This document shows, piece by piece, positions 1-13,080 of a DNA stretch of 64,000 nucleotides (positions are counted from its first letter, which is position 1; the number at the start of each line of letters is the position of its first letter). The DNA is taken from assembly GCF_009914755.1 (NCBI RefSeq), contig NC_060938.1. One strand, 5' to 3'. Origin of the DNA: the human T2T-CHM13v2.0 reference genome, Homo sapiens. The notes beneath the pieces were generated by a model, which saw nothing but the letters and a program-made list of their open reading frames with translations, was not told the origin of the DNA and made no database searches. Made by a program: the position numbers and the translations under genes.

Positions 1-129
1 ATGCAAATCGTGTCCTCTCGCTACCATTTCTTCCATCCTAACCCAATCCCTGCCGCCCTTGACTGCAGTTCAGAGGCTTTAGAGTGGCCAGAGAGGAGCA
101 GGAATCTGTAAGCAACTATGACCTCGACC

Positions 130-330
130 ACTGCTTACTGAGCACTTACTCTGTGCCAGGAACAGTGCCAAGCTTGTTACTTCATTATCTCATTTTCCTT
201 CTCAATACCCTTATGGTAAGATGTTATTAATATTCTTATTTTAATAGATATATTAAATAACTTGCTCAAGAATACATAGCTTCAGAAAGGGCCAGGATTT
301 TACTCCTGCTCACAGAACTAGAAATCCAAG
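130..330 (-). mobile_element. MIR SINE fragment
   Basis: tactgagcacttactctgtgccagg...cattatctcatttt...ccttatggtaag matches the reverse complement of the MIR core/3' end. Confidence 0.65.
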
Positions 331-1069
331 GCCTGTGAGTGCTGTGCTTTCCAGTGAGATGTCTCCATAGCCAAGAACAAGGATAATGGGGCTTGAGAGT
401 AGAAGGACAAAAAAAAAAAAAAAAGAAAAGAAAATATGAATCACCATGATGGGACTTCCTCAAAGAGGCACAAGACTCAGGACCATATCCTGGGTAGTGA
501 AAAGGTATGAACTCTGTGGTCAGAAAACTGGGTTCAAATATTACTTCTGGCACTTAGAACTGTGCAATTGCAGGCAAGATATTCAGCCTGTTTTAGCCCA
601 TTATTATTGCCTTATTGCCATTATGGCAACAATAATAATAACAATAATAATTTCCAACAAATCTTACTACCTAGTTTATTTTTCATCTTGTATTTTTTAT
701 TTCTGGTGTGTATATGAATGTATGGCACTTGGGAAATGCCACCAAAATGATAGATATTATTTGTAATTCAATCATTTATTCAACAAGTATTTATTGAGTG
801 ACTACACAGTTATTATATTGATTTTTGCCCCACAGTTACAGTGCTTAGGGCTTAAGAACTTTTCAAGTACCTGCAAGAATGTTAGAAACCTAAAATTAAA
901 TTATTAACTCCAAGATAGAAAGCAAAATTTAATAAATGCTTAATTGAGTGTCTATTAAACTAAAATTATGTCAACCAGTTAACTGTTGACAATGCAATGC
1001 TTTTATAATTATATATAAATAATAGAGTTTACACCACAAAAACAAAATAAATTTAACTTGTTAATGGAT

Positions 1070-1523
1070 ACTTTTTTAAGATAAAACCATGACTGTCAAA
1101 TAAATATACAAAGTGAACATATGTCAAATATTTTATTTAACTTATTAATTCATGAGGAAATCAGTAAGATGTTACAAGTAGTTCAAAGGAGAATTCAAAG
1201 AGTAGAGCTATATGTAGGTCATGAAATGAATTTACAAATAAATGCAAAATTGGCTTTTTCCATAATTGTTGGGGTGGGGTGGGATTCAATTGTTCCTCCA
1301 CCAGACAGAATTAATTTGCATGTTTATAGAAAAAAATTGTTTACATTGCTATCATTTTATTTTTATAACTTACAGAGTGGTAAAATAGCTCAAAGATAGG
1401 ATAGGTCTAAACCACATAGAATTAGATAAGCCAAAGTGGTATGCTCTAGACAACGCATAGTTTTCCAATAAAAACATCCAGTAATCTCTTTGGTAGTTTT
1501 TAGTACATTTCAAAGTCTTTCAC
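1070..1523 (-). mobile_element. 3' LTR of the old provirus
   Basis: Aligns by eye with 17950-18089 plus 18600-18911 (e.g. atgaatttacaaataaatg, gtaaaatagctcaaaga, tagacaac, catttcaaagtctttcaca). Confidence 0.75.
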
Positions 1524-2283
1524 AATTTTTTTCTAACAATCTCCTTCTTCCCCTTGTGATTACATAATCTCAAAGAAAGAATTCTTGATCACAAAATAAG
1601 GCTGATTTCAATTAGGTTTAGCCTGATTGTTTACATAGATGCAGCAAGGATGTTAATTAGCATATCGTTTTTCTTAAGTTTGCCAGTCTTTGCAAATCTT
1701 GAGCTATATAGTACTGAGCAACAACTAATGCTACCAAATTAACTTATGTCTGGGAGTTTTCATAAAAATATCAGATGGGTTTAAAAGCCTCTACTATTTA
1801 CTATCTTGAGGCTAGGAAATCAATTCCAAGAAACTCTCTCTACCAAATTTCACCTGCAGTACCTATGAATTTGGGTGAAATCCTCTTTTCTTACGGTCCC
1901 TGAATATCCTAACGTTACTGGTGTACTAGAAAATGACCTTTCCAACACCTCAAAAGGTGGGGACTCTGTCAGCCAGGAACCAGGCCAGTTTTCCTGGGAG
2001 GGCTTTGTAGGCACTGATTCTCTAAGTATGACCAACTTCCGTTTGTTAAAACAAACTGGTGTTCATATCTGATTAAATGAGCACCATTCTCAGATATGAC
2101 ACTTCGGATAAGGCCTTGATTGTACTATCAATTATTTAATTATATTATGGTGAAAAGCAGGACCAATTCCTACCAAAATTATGCAAATAACTATATTGCC
2201 ATGAAAAGTAAGGAGGTTCTTTAAGAGTTTCTGAATTCTGGGAACTCAGTGAGAATCAGATATTTAAAATCTGTTTCTTTAAA

Positions 2284-2579
2284 TTTTTTTTTTATTTTTT
2301 TGAGACAGAATTTTACTCTGTCACCCAGGCTGGAGTATAGTGGCAGAATCTTGGCTCACTGCAACCTCTGCCTCCTGGGTTCAAGCAGTTCTCTGCCTCA
2401 GCCTCCTGAGTAGCTGGGATTCCAGCACCTGCCACCACGCCCAGCTAATTTTTGTATTTTTAGTGGAGATGAGGTTTCACCATCTTGGCCAGGCTTGTCT
2501 TGAACTCCTGACCTCATGATCCACCTGCCTTAGTCTCCCAAAGTGCTGGGATTACAGGTGTAAGCCACTGCGCCTGGCA
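2284..2579 (-). mobile_element. AluS inserted in the poly(A) region of the adjacent L1
   Basis: Poly(T) followed by a dimeric Alu ending ...gcgcctggc. Confidence 0.95.
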
Positions 2580-2592
2580 CCTCCCCCCCAAA

Positions 2593-5500
2593 ATTTTTTT
2601 TAAAATTATACTTTAAGTTCTAGTATATATGTGCACCACACATGGTTTCTTCAATATCTATTTATTGAGAGTTTTTAACATGAAGCGGGGTTGAATTTTA
2701 TTGAAAGCCTTTTCTGTATCTATTGAGATAATCGTGTGGTTTTTGGTTTGGGTTCTGTTTATGTGGTGAATCACATTTATTATTTTGTATATGTTGAACC
2801 AACCTTGCATCCCAGGAATAAAGCTTACTTGATTGTGGTGGATAAGCTTTTTGATGTGCTGCTAGATTTGGTTTGCCATATTTTGTTGAGGATTTTTGTA
2901 TCAATGTTCATCAAGGATATTGGCCTGAAGTTTTCTTTTTTTGTTGTGTCTCTGTCGGGTTTTGGAATCAGGGTGATGCTGGACTCATAGAATAAGTTAG
3001 GGAGGAGTCTCTCCTCCACAGTTGTTTGAAATAGTTTTAGTAGGAATGGTACCAGCTTTTCTTTGTACATCTGGTAGAATTCAGTTGTGAATTCATCTGG
3101 TCCTGGGCTTTTTTGGTTGGTGGGCTATTTATTACTGACTCAATCTCAGAGCTCATTATTGGTCTGTTCAGGGATTTAATATCTTTCTGGCTCAGTCTTG
3201 GGAGGATGTATGTGTCCAGGAATGTGTCCATTTCTTCTAGATTTTCTAGTTTATGTACATAGAAGTGTTCATAATATTCTCTGATGATTATTGTATTTCT
3301 GTGGAGTCAGTGGTAATATCCCCCTTCTCATTTCTGATTGTTTTTATTTGGATCTTCTCTCTTTTCTCCTTCATTAGTCTAGCGAGTGGTCTATCTATTC
3401 TATTAATTTTTTTCAAGGAAAACAGCTCCTGGATTCATTCATCTTTAGATGATTTTCTGTGTCTCAGTCTTCTTCAGTTTAGCTCTGATTTTGGTTATTG
3501 CTTGTCTTCTGCTAGATTTTGGATTGGTTTGCTCTTTGTTCTCTAGTTCTTTTCGTTGTGATGTTAGGTTGTCATATAGAGATCTTTCTAACTCTTTGAG
3601 GTGGGCTTTAAGTGCTACAAAGTTCCCTCTTAACACTGCCTTAGCTGTGTCCCAGAGATTCTGGTATGTTGCATCTTTGTTCTCATTAGTTTCAAAGAAC
3701 TTCTTGATTTCTGCCTTAATTTCATTATTTACCCAAAAGTCATTCAGGGGCAGTTATTCAATTTCCATGTAATTGTATGGTTTTGAGTGAATTTCCTAGT
3801 CTTGATTTCTAATTTGATTGTATTGTGGTCTGAGAGGTTGTTTGTTATGATTTCAGTTCTTTTGCATTTGCTGAGGAGTGTTTTACTTCCAACTATGTAA
3901 TCTATTTTAGAGTATGTGCCATGTGGTGATGTGAAGAATGTATATTCTGTTGTTTTGGAGAGTTCTGTTGATGTCTATCAGGTCCATTTCATCCAGTGCT
4001 GAGTTCAGGTCCTGAATATCAATGTTAATTTTCTGTCTCAATAATATGTCTAATATTGTCAGTGTTGTGTTAAAGTCTCCCACTGTTATTGTGTGGGAGT
4101 CTAAGTCTCTTTGAAGGCCCCTAAGAGCTTGCTTTATGAATCTGGCTGCTCCCGTGTTAGGTGCATATATATTTAGGATAGTTAGGTATTCTTGTTGAAT
4201 TGAACCCTTTACCATTATGTAATGCCCTTCTTTGTCTTTTCTGATCTTTGTTGGCTTAAAATCTGCTTTGTCTGAAACTAGGATTGCAACCCCTGTCTTT
4301 TTCTGTTTTCCATTTGCTTGGTAGATTTGTCTCCATCCCTTTATTTTTAGCCTGTGTTGTCATTGCATGTGAGATGGGTCTCTAAAAGACAGCATACCAA
4401 TGGGTCTTGGTTCTTTATCCAGCTTGCCACTTGTGCCTTTTAATTGGGGCATTTAGCCCATTTACATTCAAAGTTATTATTGATATGTGTGTGTTTGATC
4501 CTGTCATCATGATGTTAGCTGGTTACTTTGCAGACTTGTTTATGTGGTTACTTTATAGTATCACTAGTCTGTGTACTTCAGTGTGTTTTTGTAGCAGCTG
4601 GTAACGGTCTTTCCATTTTCAGTGCTTCCTTCAGGAGCTTTTGTAAGGCAAGTCTTGTGGTAATAAATTCTCTCAGCATTTGCTTGTATAAGAATGCTAG
4701 TGATTTTTGTACATTAATTTGGTATCCTGAGACTTTACTGAAGTTGTTTAAAAACTTGACTGAAGTTGTTTAAAAACTTGACTGAAGTTGTTTAAAAACT
4801 TGACTGAAGTTGTTAAAGAATCTTATTTCTCCTTTGCTTATGAAGCTTTATTTGGCTGGATGTGAAATTCTGGGTTGGAATTCTTTTCTTTAAGAATGTT
4901 GAATATTGGCCTCCAATTTCTTCTGGTTTGTAGGTTTCTATTGAAAGGTCCACCATTAGTCTGATAGGCTTCCTTTTGTAGGTGACCTGACCTTTCTCTC
5001 TAGCTGCCTTTAACAATTTTTCTTTTATTTCAACCTTGGAGAATCTGATGATTATGTGTCTTGGGGATGATCTTTTTGTGAAGTATCTTAGGGGGTTTTC
5101 TGCATTACCTGAATTTGAACATTGGCCTCTCTAGCTAGGTTGGGAAAGTTCTCATGAATGATATCCTGAAATATGTTTTTCAAGTTGCTTACACTCTCCC
5201 TATTTCTTTAAGGGACAAAAATGAGTGATAGATTTGGTCTCTTTACATAATTTCATGTTTCTTGGAGGTTTTGTTTGTTCCTTTTCATTCTTTTTTCTCT
5301 ATTTTTGTCTGATTGTCTATTATCAGAAAGCCAGTCTTCAAGCTCTGAGATTCTTTTCTCCACTTGATCTATTCTGCTACTAATACTTGTGATTGCATTA
5401 TGAAATTATTGTAGTGTGTTTTTCAGCTCTGTCAAGTAATTACATTCTTTTCTATACTGGCTATTTTATCTGTCAGCTACTGCATTGTTTTATCATGATT

Positions 5501-6294
5501 CTTAGCTTCCTTGGATTAGGTTTCAATGTACTCCTGTAGCTCAATGATCTTCATTCCTGTCCATATTCTGAATTCTATTTCTGTTATTTCAGTCATCTCA
5601 GCCTGGTTCAGAACCCTTACTAGAGTGTTGATATGGTTGTTTAGAGGAAAGAAGACACTCTGGCTTTTTTAGTTGTCATGGTTCTTGTGTTGATTCTTTC
5701 TTATCTTTGTGGACTTATGTTCCTTCTATCTTTGAGGGTGCTGACCTTGGGATTTTTTTTTCTTTTATCCTATTTGATGACTTTGAGGGTTTGATTTTGG
5801 TGTAAGGTGGATTCGGCCAACTGGCTTTGTTTCTGGAAGATTTTAGGTGGCCAACACTCAGATCCTAACTTTGAGACGGCGCACTCTAACTCTGGGGGAC
5901 TTGTATTGGGCCCCAAATTTGTTCTCTGGCTCCTTGAGGTTAGGAATCTACTTTGCTGGTTGAGGGTGGGGAGTGAGGTGCTCCGACACTGCTGGTCACT
6001 ACACTCCGATGGGTGGTGTCAGCCAAAGCATTTCTTAGTGCAGTGACAGTGGGACCCTTCCTCATTCATACATGCCAGCAGCGTCAGTAGTGGCAGCTGC
6101 GGCAGGGTGCTCACAGGTGCTGGGGTGCATGCCTCCCTGCAGGCGTTCACCACAGTGGCGGAGGCAATGCAGCTGTTGAGGACCCTGCTGGCAAATGTGT
6201 GAGCAGTCACATTGGTGGTGGTTTTGGCTTGGGGTGGGATGCCGGTGGGCACAGGTCTGTGTGAATTCTCTGTGCTCTGTAAGCAGGAGTGGTC
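2593..6294 (-). mobile_element. Old primate L1 (L1PA13/L1PB age): 5'UTR part, ORF1, 5' half of ORF2, large internal deletion, about 45 bp of the extreme 3' end
   Basis: ORF-track fragments give L1 endonuclease (YAPNTGA..FIKQ, GDFNT), RT entry ([12 protein letters not shown]) and ORF1 (LKAAREKGQVTYK). The 3' terminus ttatactttaagttctag (2607-2624) is joined directly to mid-ORF2. Degenerate TSD taaaatctgtttcttt (2265-2280) / taaaatcagtgtcattt (6295-6311). Confidence 0.9.
4737..4814. repeat. Perfect 22-bp tandem repeat (actgaagttgtttaaaaacttg) x3.5
   Basis: Units start at 4737, 4759 and 4781, with a partial unit at 4803-4814. Confidence 0.95.
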
Positions 6295-6790
6295 TAAAAT
6301 CAGTGTCATTTCAGTTTACAAAAGCAGAGTTTACTAAATTGTCATGGGTTAAAGAAGTATAAGAAGAGAGGGAAGTGGCTTTCTTATAGATTCAGAAAAC
6401 AGAACATTAAAACAAAAACAATATTCCAGCTAACCCCAATAAAATTTCCCTTATCAGTATATTCAGTCCTATAATTAATTCTTGTTCCTCTGGATCTTGG
6501 GTTAGCAATCTCATGAAGCTGTCTGCTTCTCAACTAAAAAGAGTTTAGAAATCTTGCCTTAGCCCACAGGTGCAGTCTGAGTGTTGTCTAAGTTACGTTA
6601 CATCAGAAGACTGTACCCAAGAGTCTATTCTTTGAAATGTCAATAGTTTGAAGTACCTAGTATAGTCCTTTTCCGGGAAGCTTTATTTAAGACATAAACT
6701 CTCGCCTTCACTTTATAGCATCACCTCAGGGATGTATTAGAGTAAAACAAAAACCATTTGTAGGTAACAAAGACATATGGCTGTGGTTAA

Positions 6791-9700
6791 TTTCTTTCTT
6801 TTTTCCTTTTTTTTTAGGGCTGTTTTGCTTTTAATGAAGGCAGATACAAAATGCATCAATGCAAAAGAATCTTTTATATACTCATTAACATAGTGAGTAA
6901 TGTAAACTACATTTTGATAATGTAAAATACAGTATGTTTGTTAGGCCTCAAAAAAGAAACCACAGAGTTAGCTGCAACTTAAGGTAACTAGAAAGGCTCC
7001 TTAGGTTGTTATTACCCACCACCTTTATTATAATAGTTCTAAATGATATCTGGGGAGGGGATTAAAAAATAATACAAAGCTCTTTTCAGCTGTGGTTCAA
7101 AGAACTCTAGTGAAGCTGTATGGCAATGACATTGTGGGACCATGAAATTTCCCCAGAAGTATTTCTAATAATATAGGCAGTTAAGAAGCTTAATAGTTTC
7201 AAAGTCTGGAAAGCAGCAAAAATATCTTAGAGAATTTAAAAACATTATAAACCTCTCTTCTCTCCTACAGAGACATTTTAAAGCATGGACATAACTTTAA
7301 GGATATTGAAAAAACATCAGTAGTTTTCATAAAGCTTCAATGAATACCCCAAGGCACAAGTGTTGAAAATGGTCTGTTCACAAAATGTCACTGCGTTGTA
7401 CTTTTGGAGGTACAGATATACTGTGCTTGCAGTGAGAGGACAACTTTATCCCTAGTTAAAAGCACCAGATGTGTCAAGCTCAGCTTCCATTTACACAGGA
7501 TGCACCCAAAATCCCTACGATAGTGAATGGTTCAAGTACTAGACCACATTTCCAACGTCTTGCCTATTTGCTTAGTCAGCACTGAGGTTCTTTTAAACCC
7601 TGTAGGTCTGTAGAATATTTTGAAAGGCCAGAACTACCCTGAAAATAGTCTTGAAATAATACGGAGCCCTTCTAAAAGAGCTCACTGGATACTTTAATAA
7701 CATTTACAGAAAGAAATAGACAATAGCTGAGTTTCTTTCAAGTGAAGATGAAAAATAATGTAGAACTAGCATGTAGGCTAAAATGTTTGGTAGTTAATGT
7801 CAAAAATTGCCAAGATTGTTAATGTATATTTTTGGTAATCACTATTGGCCAGGTTAATTTTTTTTGTAAAATATACAATATATTAACAGAACAGAAAAAT
7901 CATTATTTTGACCACTAACAGAAGAAAACCCACAGCAAGAGAAGCATCTATAGGGCAATTAAAAGTTACGGAAGTTTACTAGCTTTAGAATACATCAATA
8001 CACTTCGATTATATAAATATTTCATTTTTAAGACTAGAGTGCTTTAATGTACTTTTAGTAACAACCCAATCTAAGGAGACTTGGAGGCTTGTGAAAAAGA
8101 TGGGTCCACCAAGGTGCTGCATTTCTAGTGTAGGGTGGATTAATACTTCTGTAAGAAGGAAGGAACTGAGTCACCTCAGCATTGCTAAACAGGGTTTTTC
8201 TTTTAAACAGTAACTCAATCTCATGACTCACCTCACTTCACTAGTACAAAATTAGGCAGGAGAAGAACTAAGCTCACTGGTCAGACTCAGAAACAATGAT
8301 TTGGCAACCTGTAGTCACTCAGCTCATGATGTGTGATGATCGGCAGAAAACTGCTCAACTCTTGCTGTCCATTCCTTCACATCTGCAGAGGAGTTTGGTG
8401 TAACCACTTCTCTTTATCAACTTAAGCTGCATACAGGCAAAAAGGTCACAAACTGCAGGGAGGCCGAAAAGGTCTAGGAGGAAATTATATTCCTCCTGTA
8501 GAGGTGAATTAAGTAATACTTCCTGGGCCTTCTTTCCAAGCAGCCACTTGTCTTTGACAGAGGATAACTGGCTGAGGTTGCCCATCTTCTGTCCTGGCAG
8601 GACCCAGTCAGCTGTGTTAAAGGGACACCAGGAAGTGGTCATGGGGCTTTTAGGCTTTGGTTTGCCAGCTCTGTCTTCCTTGGGACTTCCTTTTTTGTAT
8701 GGCGGCCAGATGAGCCACTCTGACAGCTGTTCTTTATGACTTGGAAGGAATCAGAAGTTCCAGAAGGAACCATTACCTTTAGTGCCTGTGTTCTCTTACT
8801 TCTTTTCTAGAAGGACAGAACCACATGTTCAGGGAATCTTTATGCTTCTCAGGCTCAGGTTTGGGTTCCTCAGGCATCCCATTTTTATCCTTTCCTTCTT
8901 TCTTCAGAAGCCACTTGCACAGAGCTTCCTTCTCACAATTCTCATCACACACACACTTTGCAAAGCTTGTGCAGGGCTCATTGGCTTTGCACATCTCCTC
9001 TACCTTACGTGGGTCATGATGCTTCTGGACAGGCCAATCCCAGTAACCACGCTGGGGGTGGACAATGGTGTTTTGGCCTCCAAGTGGTCATTCAGGCAGT
9101 TCAGATTGCCAGGTTTTCAATCTCCACCCCCTTGGGCTTGTTGCCCTGACAGTTGGTGCGGGAGTTGGTCTTGACAAGCCAATCGTTCACATTGTAGGAC
9201 TAGCACAAGTGCTTAAACTTCTCACTGGTTTCACGACTGCCATTCTCAGGCTTCTCCAGCTTCTGGGGTTCCTAGGGAGTCACCAACCAATCTGATAGAT
9301 CTGTCTCATCTTGTTCAGGAAACTCTTGATCTTCAGTTTCAATGGAGAAAGAACTGGTAGTGGAATGGCTGTTACACTTTTGATAACTTGGTTTTTCAGG
9401 AACTTCCTGTCACTGACTCTTGAGGAGCCAGTTTTCTAAGCCCTTTAGGTTTTCCCAGACACTACTGAAGAAATTGCAGGCTCTTGCAGAAGTCTGACTA
9501 TTCTCCAAGGTCTGCTTTTGGGTGAGTCAGTCCAGACAATCACTGGCAGATTTGTTTCCAAGGAGCCATTTGCTGAGAGGAACAGTTGTGATGCTGGATT
9601 CTGCTCTTGCATTGGGATATAGCCTCTTTTCTTCAGGAAAGGCCCAATATTTGATGAACTAGCATGATCCATCAAGTGCTCAGGAATTTGAATGGTTTTG

Positions 9701-9852
9701 AGAGACACAAATGTGGTGATGGTCTGATGCAGAGCAGTTGTGTCTGCTTCAAAGAGTAGGACAGTTGAATATTCAGGCTTAAAGGTCAAACTGCCCAGTC
9801 TCTCCAGGCACACAGAGACTTGATTGGCTAGAGCTTTGTTTTGGGTACACTC
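6791..9852 (-). pseudogene. NCOA4P: NCOA4 processed pseudogene, 5'-truncated (begins at ECTQNK, ends TPLQM*), with 3'UTR and poly(A)
   Basis: - strand translations [49 protein letters not shown] and FNTADWVLPG..LPAVCDLFACMQLK match NCOA4/ARA70. Intronless, with several stops and frameshifts. Stop TGA at 8377-8379, ATTAAA signal at 6830-6835, poly(T) at 6791-6815. Confidence 0.95.
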
Positions 9853-12800
9853 TAATCAATTATTCTTAATTATAGTCACCCTACTCTGCTATCAAATGCC
9901 AGAACTTATTCCTTTTATCTAACTGTATTTTTGTACCCATTAACCAACCTCTTTTTATGTCCCCTTCCCACTCTTCTTGGCCTCTGGTAACCATCATTCT
10001 ACTGTCTACTGCTATGAGATCCACTTTTTAAGCTCTCATATAAGAGTGAGAACATGGAATATTTGTCTTTCTGTGCCTGAGTTATTTTGCTTAACATAAT
10101 GTCTTCCATTTCCATCCATGTTGCTTCAAATGACAGAATTTTATTATTTCTTATGGCTGACTAATATCCCATTGAGTATATGTACCACATTTTCTTTATC
10201 CATTCATCTGTTGAGGGCACTTAGGTTGCTTCCAAACCTTGGTTATTGTGAATAGTGCTGCAGTAAACACAGTACTGCAGATATCTCTTTGATATACTGA
10301 TTTCCTTTCTTGTGAACATATACCCAGCAGTGGAATTAATGGATCATATGGTAGTTTTATTTTTAGTTTTTTTGAGCAATCTCCATACTGTTTTCCATAA
10401 TGGCTATGCTAGTTTACATTCCCAGCAACAGTGTGTATGTATATGTGAGTTCCCCTTTCTTCATATCATCTCCAGCATTTGTTATTTTTTGTCTTTTTGA
10501 TAACAGCCATTCTAACTGGGATGAGATGATATATTATTGTGGTTTTAATTTGCATTTCTCTGATGATTAGTGATGTTGAGCATTTTTTCATACACCTACT
10601 GGCTATTTGTATGTCTTATTTTGAGAGATGTCTATTCAGCACATTTTAAAATCTGTCTATTTTTAAATCTGATTTTTTTTGCTAAGTTGTCTGAGTTCCT
10701 TGTATATTCTGAATATTAATCCCTTGTCAGGTGAATAGTTTGCAAATATTTTCTCCCATTCTGCAGGTTCTCTTTTCACTCTGTTGTTTTCTTTGCTAGG
10801 CAGAAGCTTTTTAGTTTGATATAATTCCATTTGTCTGTTTTTACTTTTGTTGCCTGTGCTTTTGATGTATTTTCCATAAAATCTTTGTACACATCGATGT
10901 CTTGAAACATTTTCCTCATGTTTTCTTCTAGTGGTTTCACAGTTTTGCATCTTACATGTACATCTTTAATCAATTTTGAGTTGATTTATTGTAGATGGTG
11001 AGTGATAGGAGTCTAGTTTCATTTTTCTGCATATAGATATTCAGTTTTCCCAGCACCATTTATTGAAGAGGCTATCCTTTACCCACTGAATGTTCTCAGC
11101 ACCTTTGTTGAAAATCAGTTGATTGTAAATACCCAGATTTATTTCAGGGATCTCTGTTTTGTTCCATATGTGTCTTTTTATGCCACACCATGCCCTTTTG
11201 GTTACTATAGCTTTGCAGTATATTTTGAAGTCAAGTATGTTGCCTCCAGTTTTGTTCTTTTTGCTCAGGATTTCTGTGGCTATTTGGGGTCTTTTGTGGT
11301 TCCATATACATTTTAAAATTGCCTTTTATATTTCTGTAAATAATGCCATTGGAATTTTGATGGAGATTGCATTGAATCTCTAGAACACTTTTGGTTGCAT
11401 GGTCATTTTCACAATATTAATCCTTCCAGTCCAAGAACATGGTACATTTTTCAATTTGTTTGTATTCTCTTTAATATCTTCCACTGGCATTTTATGCTTT
11501 TCCTTATAGTGATAGTTCACCTCCTTGGTTAAATTTATTTCTAGATATTTTAATTTTTTAATAGCTATTTTAAATGTGACTGTGTGCTTAATTTCTTTCT
11601 CAGCTGGTTTGTTGTTGGTGTATAGAAATGCAACTGATTTTGTATGTTGATTTTGTATCCTGAAACTTTCCTGAATTTGTTTATCAGTTCTAAGAGGTTT
11701 TCTTGGTGAAACTTTTAGGGTTTTCTATATATAAAATTATGTTGTCTGCAAACAGGGTCATTTGACTTCTTTCTTTTCAATTAAAGTGTCTGTTATTTTT
11801 TTCTCTTGCCGAATTGCCCTGGACTTTCACTACTATGATGAATATTTTTTTTCTCTTGCCTAATTGCCATAGGACTTTCATTACTAGGATGAAGTGGGCA
11901 TCCTTGTCTTGTTCTAGGTCTTAGAGGAAAAGCTTTCAGCTTTTCCCCATTCAGTACAGCTGTGGATTTGTCATATATGACCCTTATTGTGTTGAGGTAT
12001 GATCCTTCTATAACTAGTTTGTTGAGAATTTTTTTTATCATGAAGGGATGTTGAATGTCATCAAGTGTGTTTTTTACATCTAATTGAGATGATCAGTTTT
12101 TGTCCTTCATTCTGTTCATGTGATGTATCACATTTATTGATTTGTGTATGTTGAACCATCCATGGGTCCCTGGGTTAAATCCCACTTGATCAGGGTGAAT
12201 GGTCTTTTTAATGTGCTGGTAGTTTTGGTTTGCTAGTTTATTTTTTATTTTTTATTTTTTATTTTTAGGATTTCTACATCTATGTTCATCAGGGATATTG
12301 GCCTATAGTTTTCTTTTCTTATTGTATATTTGTCTGGTTCTGGTATCACAATAATGCTGGCCTCATACATTGAGTTTGAAATAATTCCCTCCTCTTCAAT
12401 TTTCTGGAAGAGTTTGAGGAGAATTAGTATTAGTTCTTTAAATGTTTAGTAGAATTCAGCAGTGAAGCCATCAGGTCCTGGGCTTGCTTTCATGGAAGAC
12501 TTTTTATTACTGATTCAATCTCATTACTTTTAATTGATCTGTTCAAGTTTTCTATTTCTTCTTGGTTCAATCTTGGGTAGGTCATTTGTGACCCAGAATT
12601 TATCCATTTCTGCTAGGTTTTCCAATTTGTTGACATACAGTTGTTCATATAGTCTCAAGTTATCCTTTGTTATTTCTGTGGTATCAGTTGTGATGTCTCC
12701 TCTTTCATTCCTGATTTTATTTATTTGGGTCTTTTCTCTTTTTTTCTTGGATAGTCTAGCTAATGTATTGTTGATTTTCTTTATTTTTCAAGACATTAAC

Positions 12801-13080
12801 TTTTCATTTTATTGATCTTGTGTATTTTTTGTCTCAATTTTGTTCACTTCTCCTCTGATTTTTATTATTTCTTTTCTTCTACTAACTTTGGGTTTGCTTT
12901 GTTCTTGCTTTTCTGCTTCCTTGAGATGTACATTAGGTTGTTTATTTGAAATCTATGGCATTTATTGCTGTAAACTGCCCTCTTAACACTGCTTTGGTAT
13001 ATCCCATAGGCTTTGGTATGTTGTGTTTCTATTTTCATGATTCACGAAAGTTTTAAATTTTCTTCATTGACTCATTGGTC
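9853..13080 (-). mobile_element. L1MA-type LINE (ORF2 and 3'UTR), lacking its own 3' tip and poly(A), abutting the NCOA4 retrocopy
   Basis: L1MA-style 3'UTR (tatagtcaccctactctgctatcaaa...) and ORF2 peptides ([24 protein letters not shown]). Confidence 0.9.

Noticed and set aside
4737-4814. 22-bp repeats as a CRISPR-like array
   Set aside because: The units are head-to-tail with no spacers, derive partly from L1 ORF2 sequence, and the context is primate DNA.
8355-9813. NCOA4-like ORFs as a functional gene or retrogene
   Set aside because: The N-terminal about 100 codons are missing, there are several in-frame stops and frameshifts (including in the ferritin-binding motif), and there are no introns.
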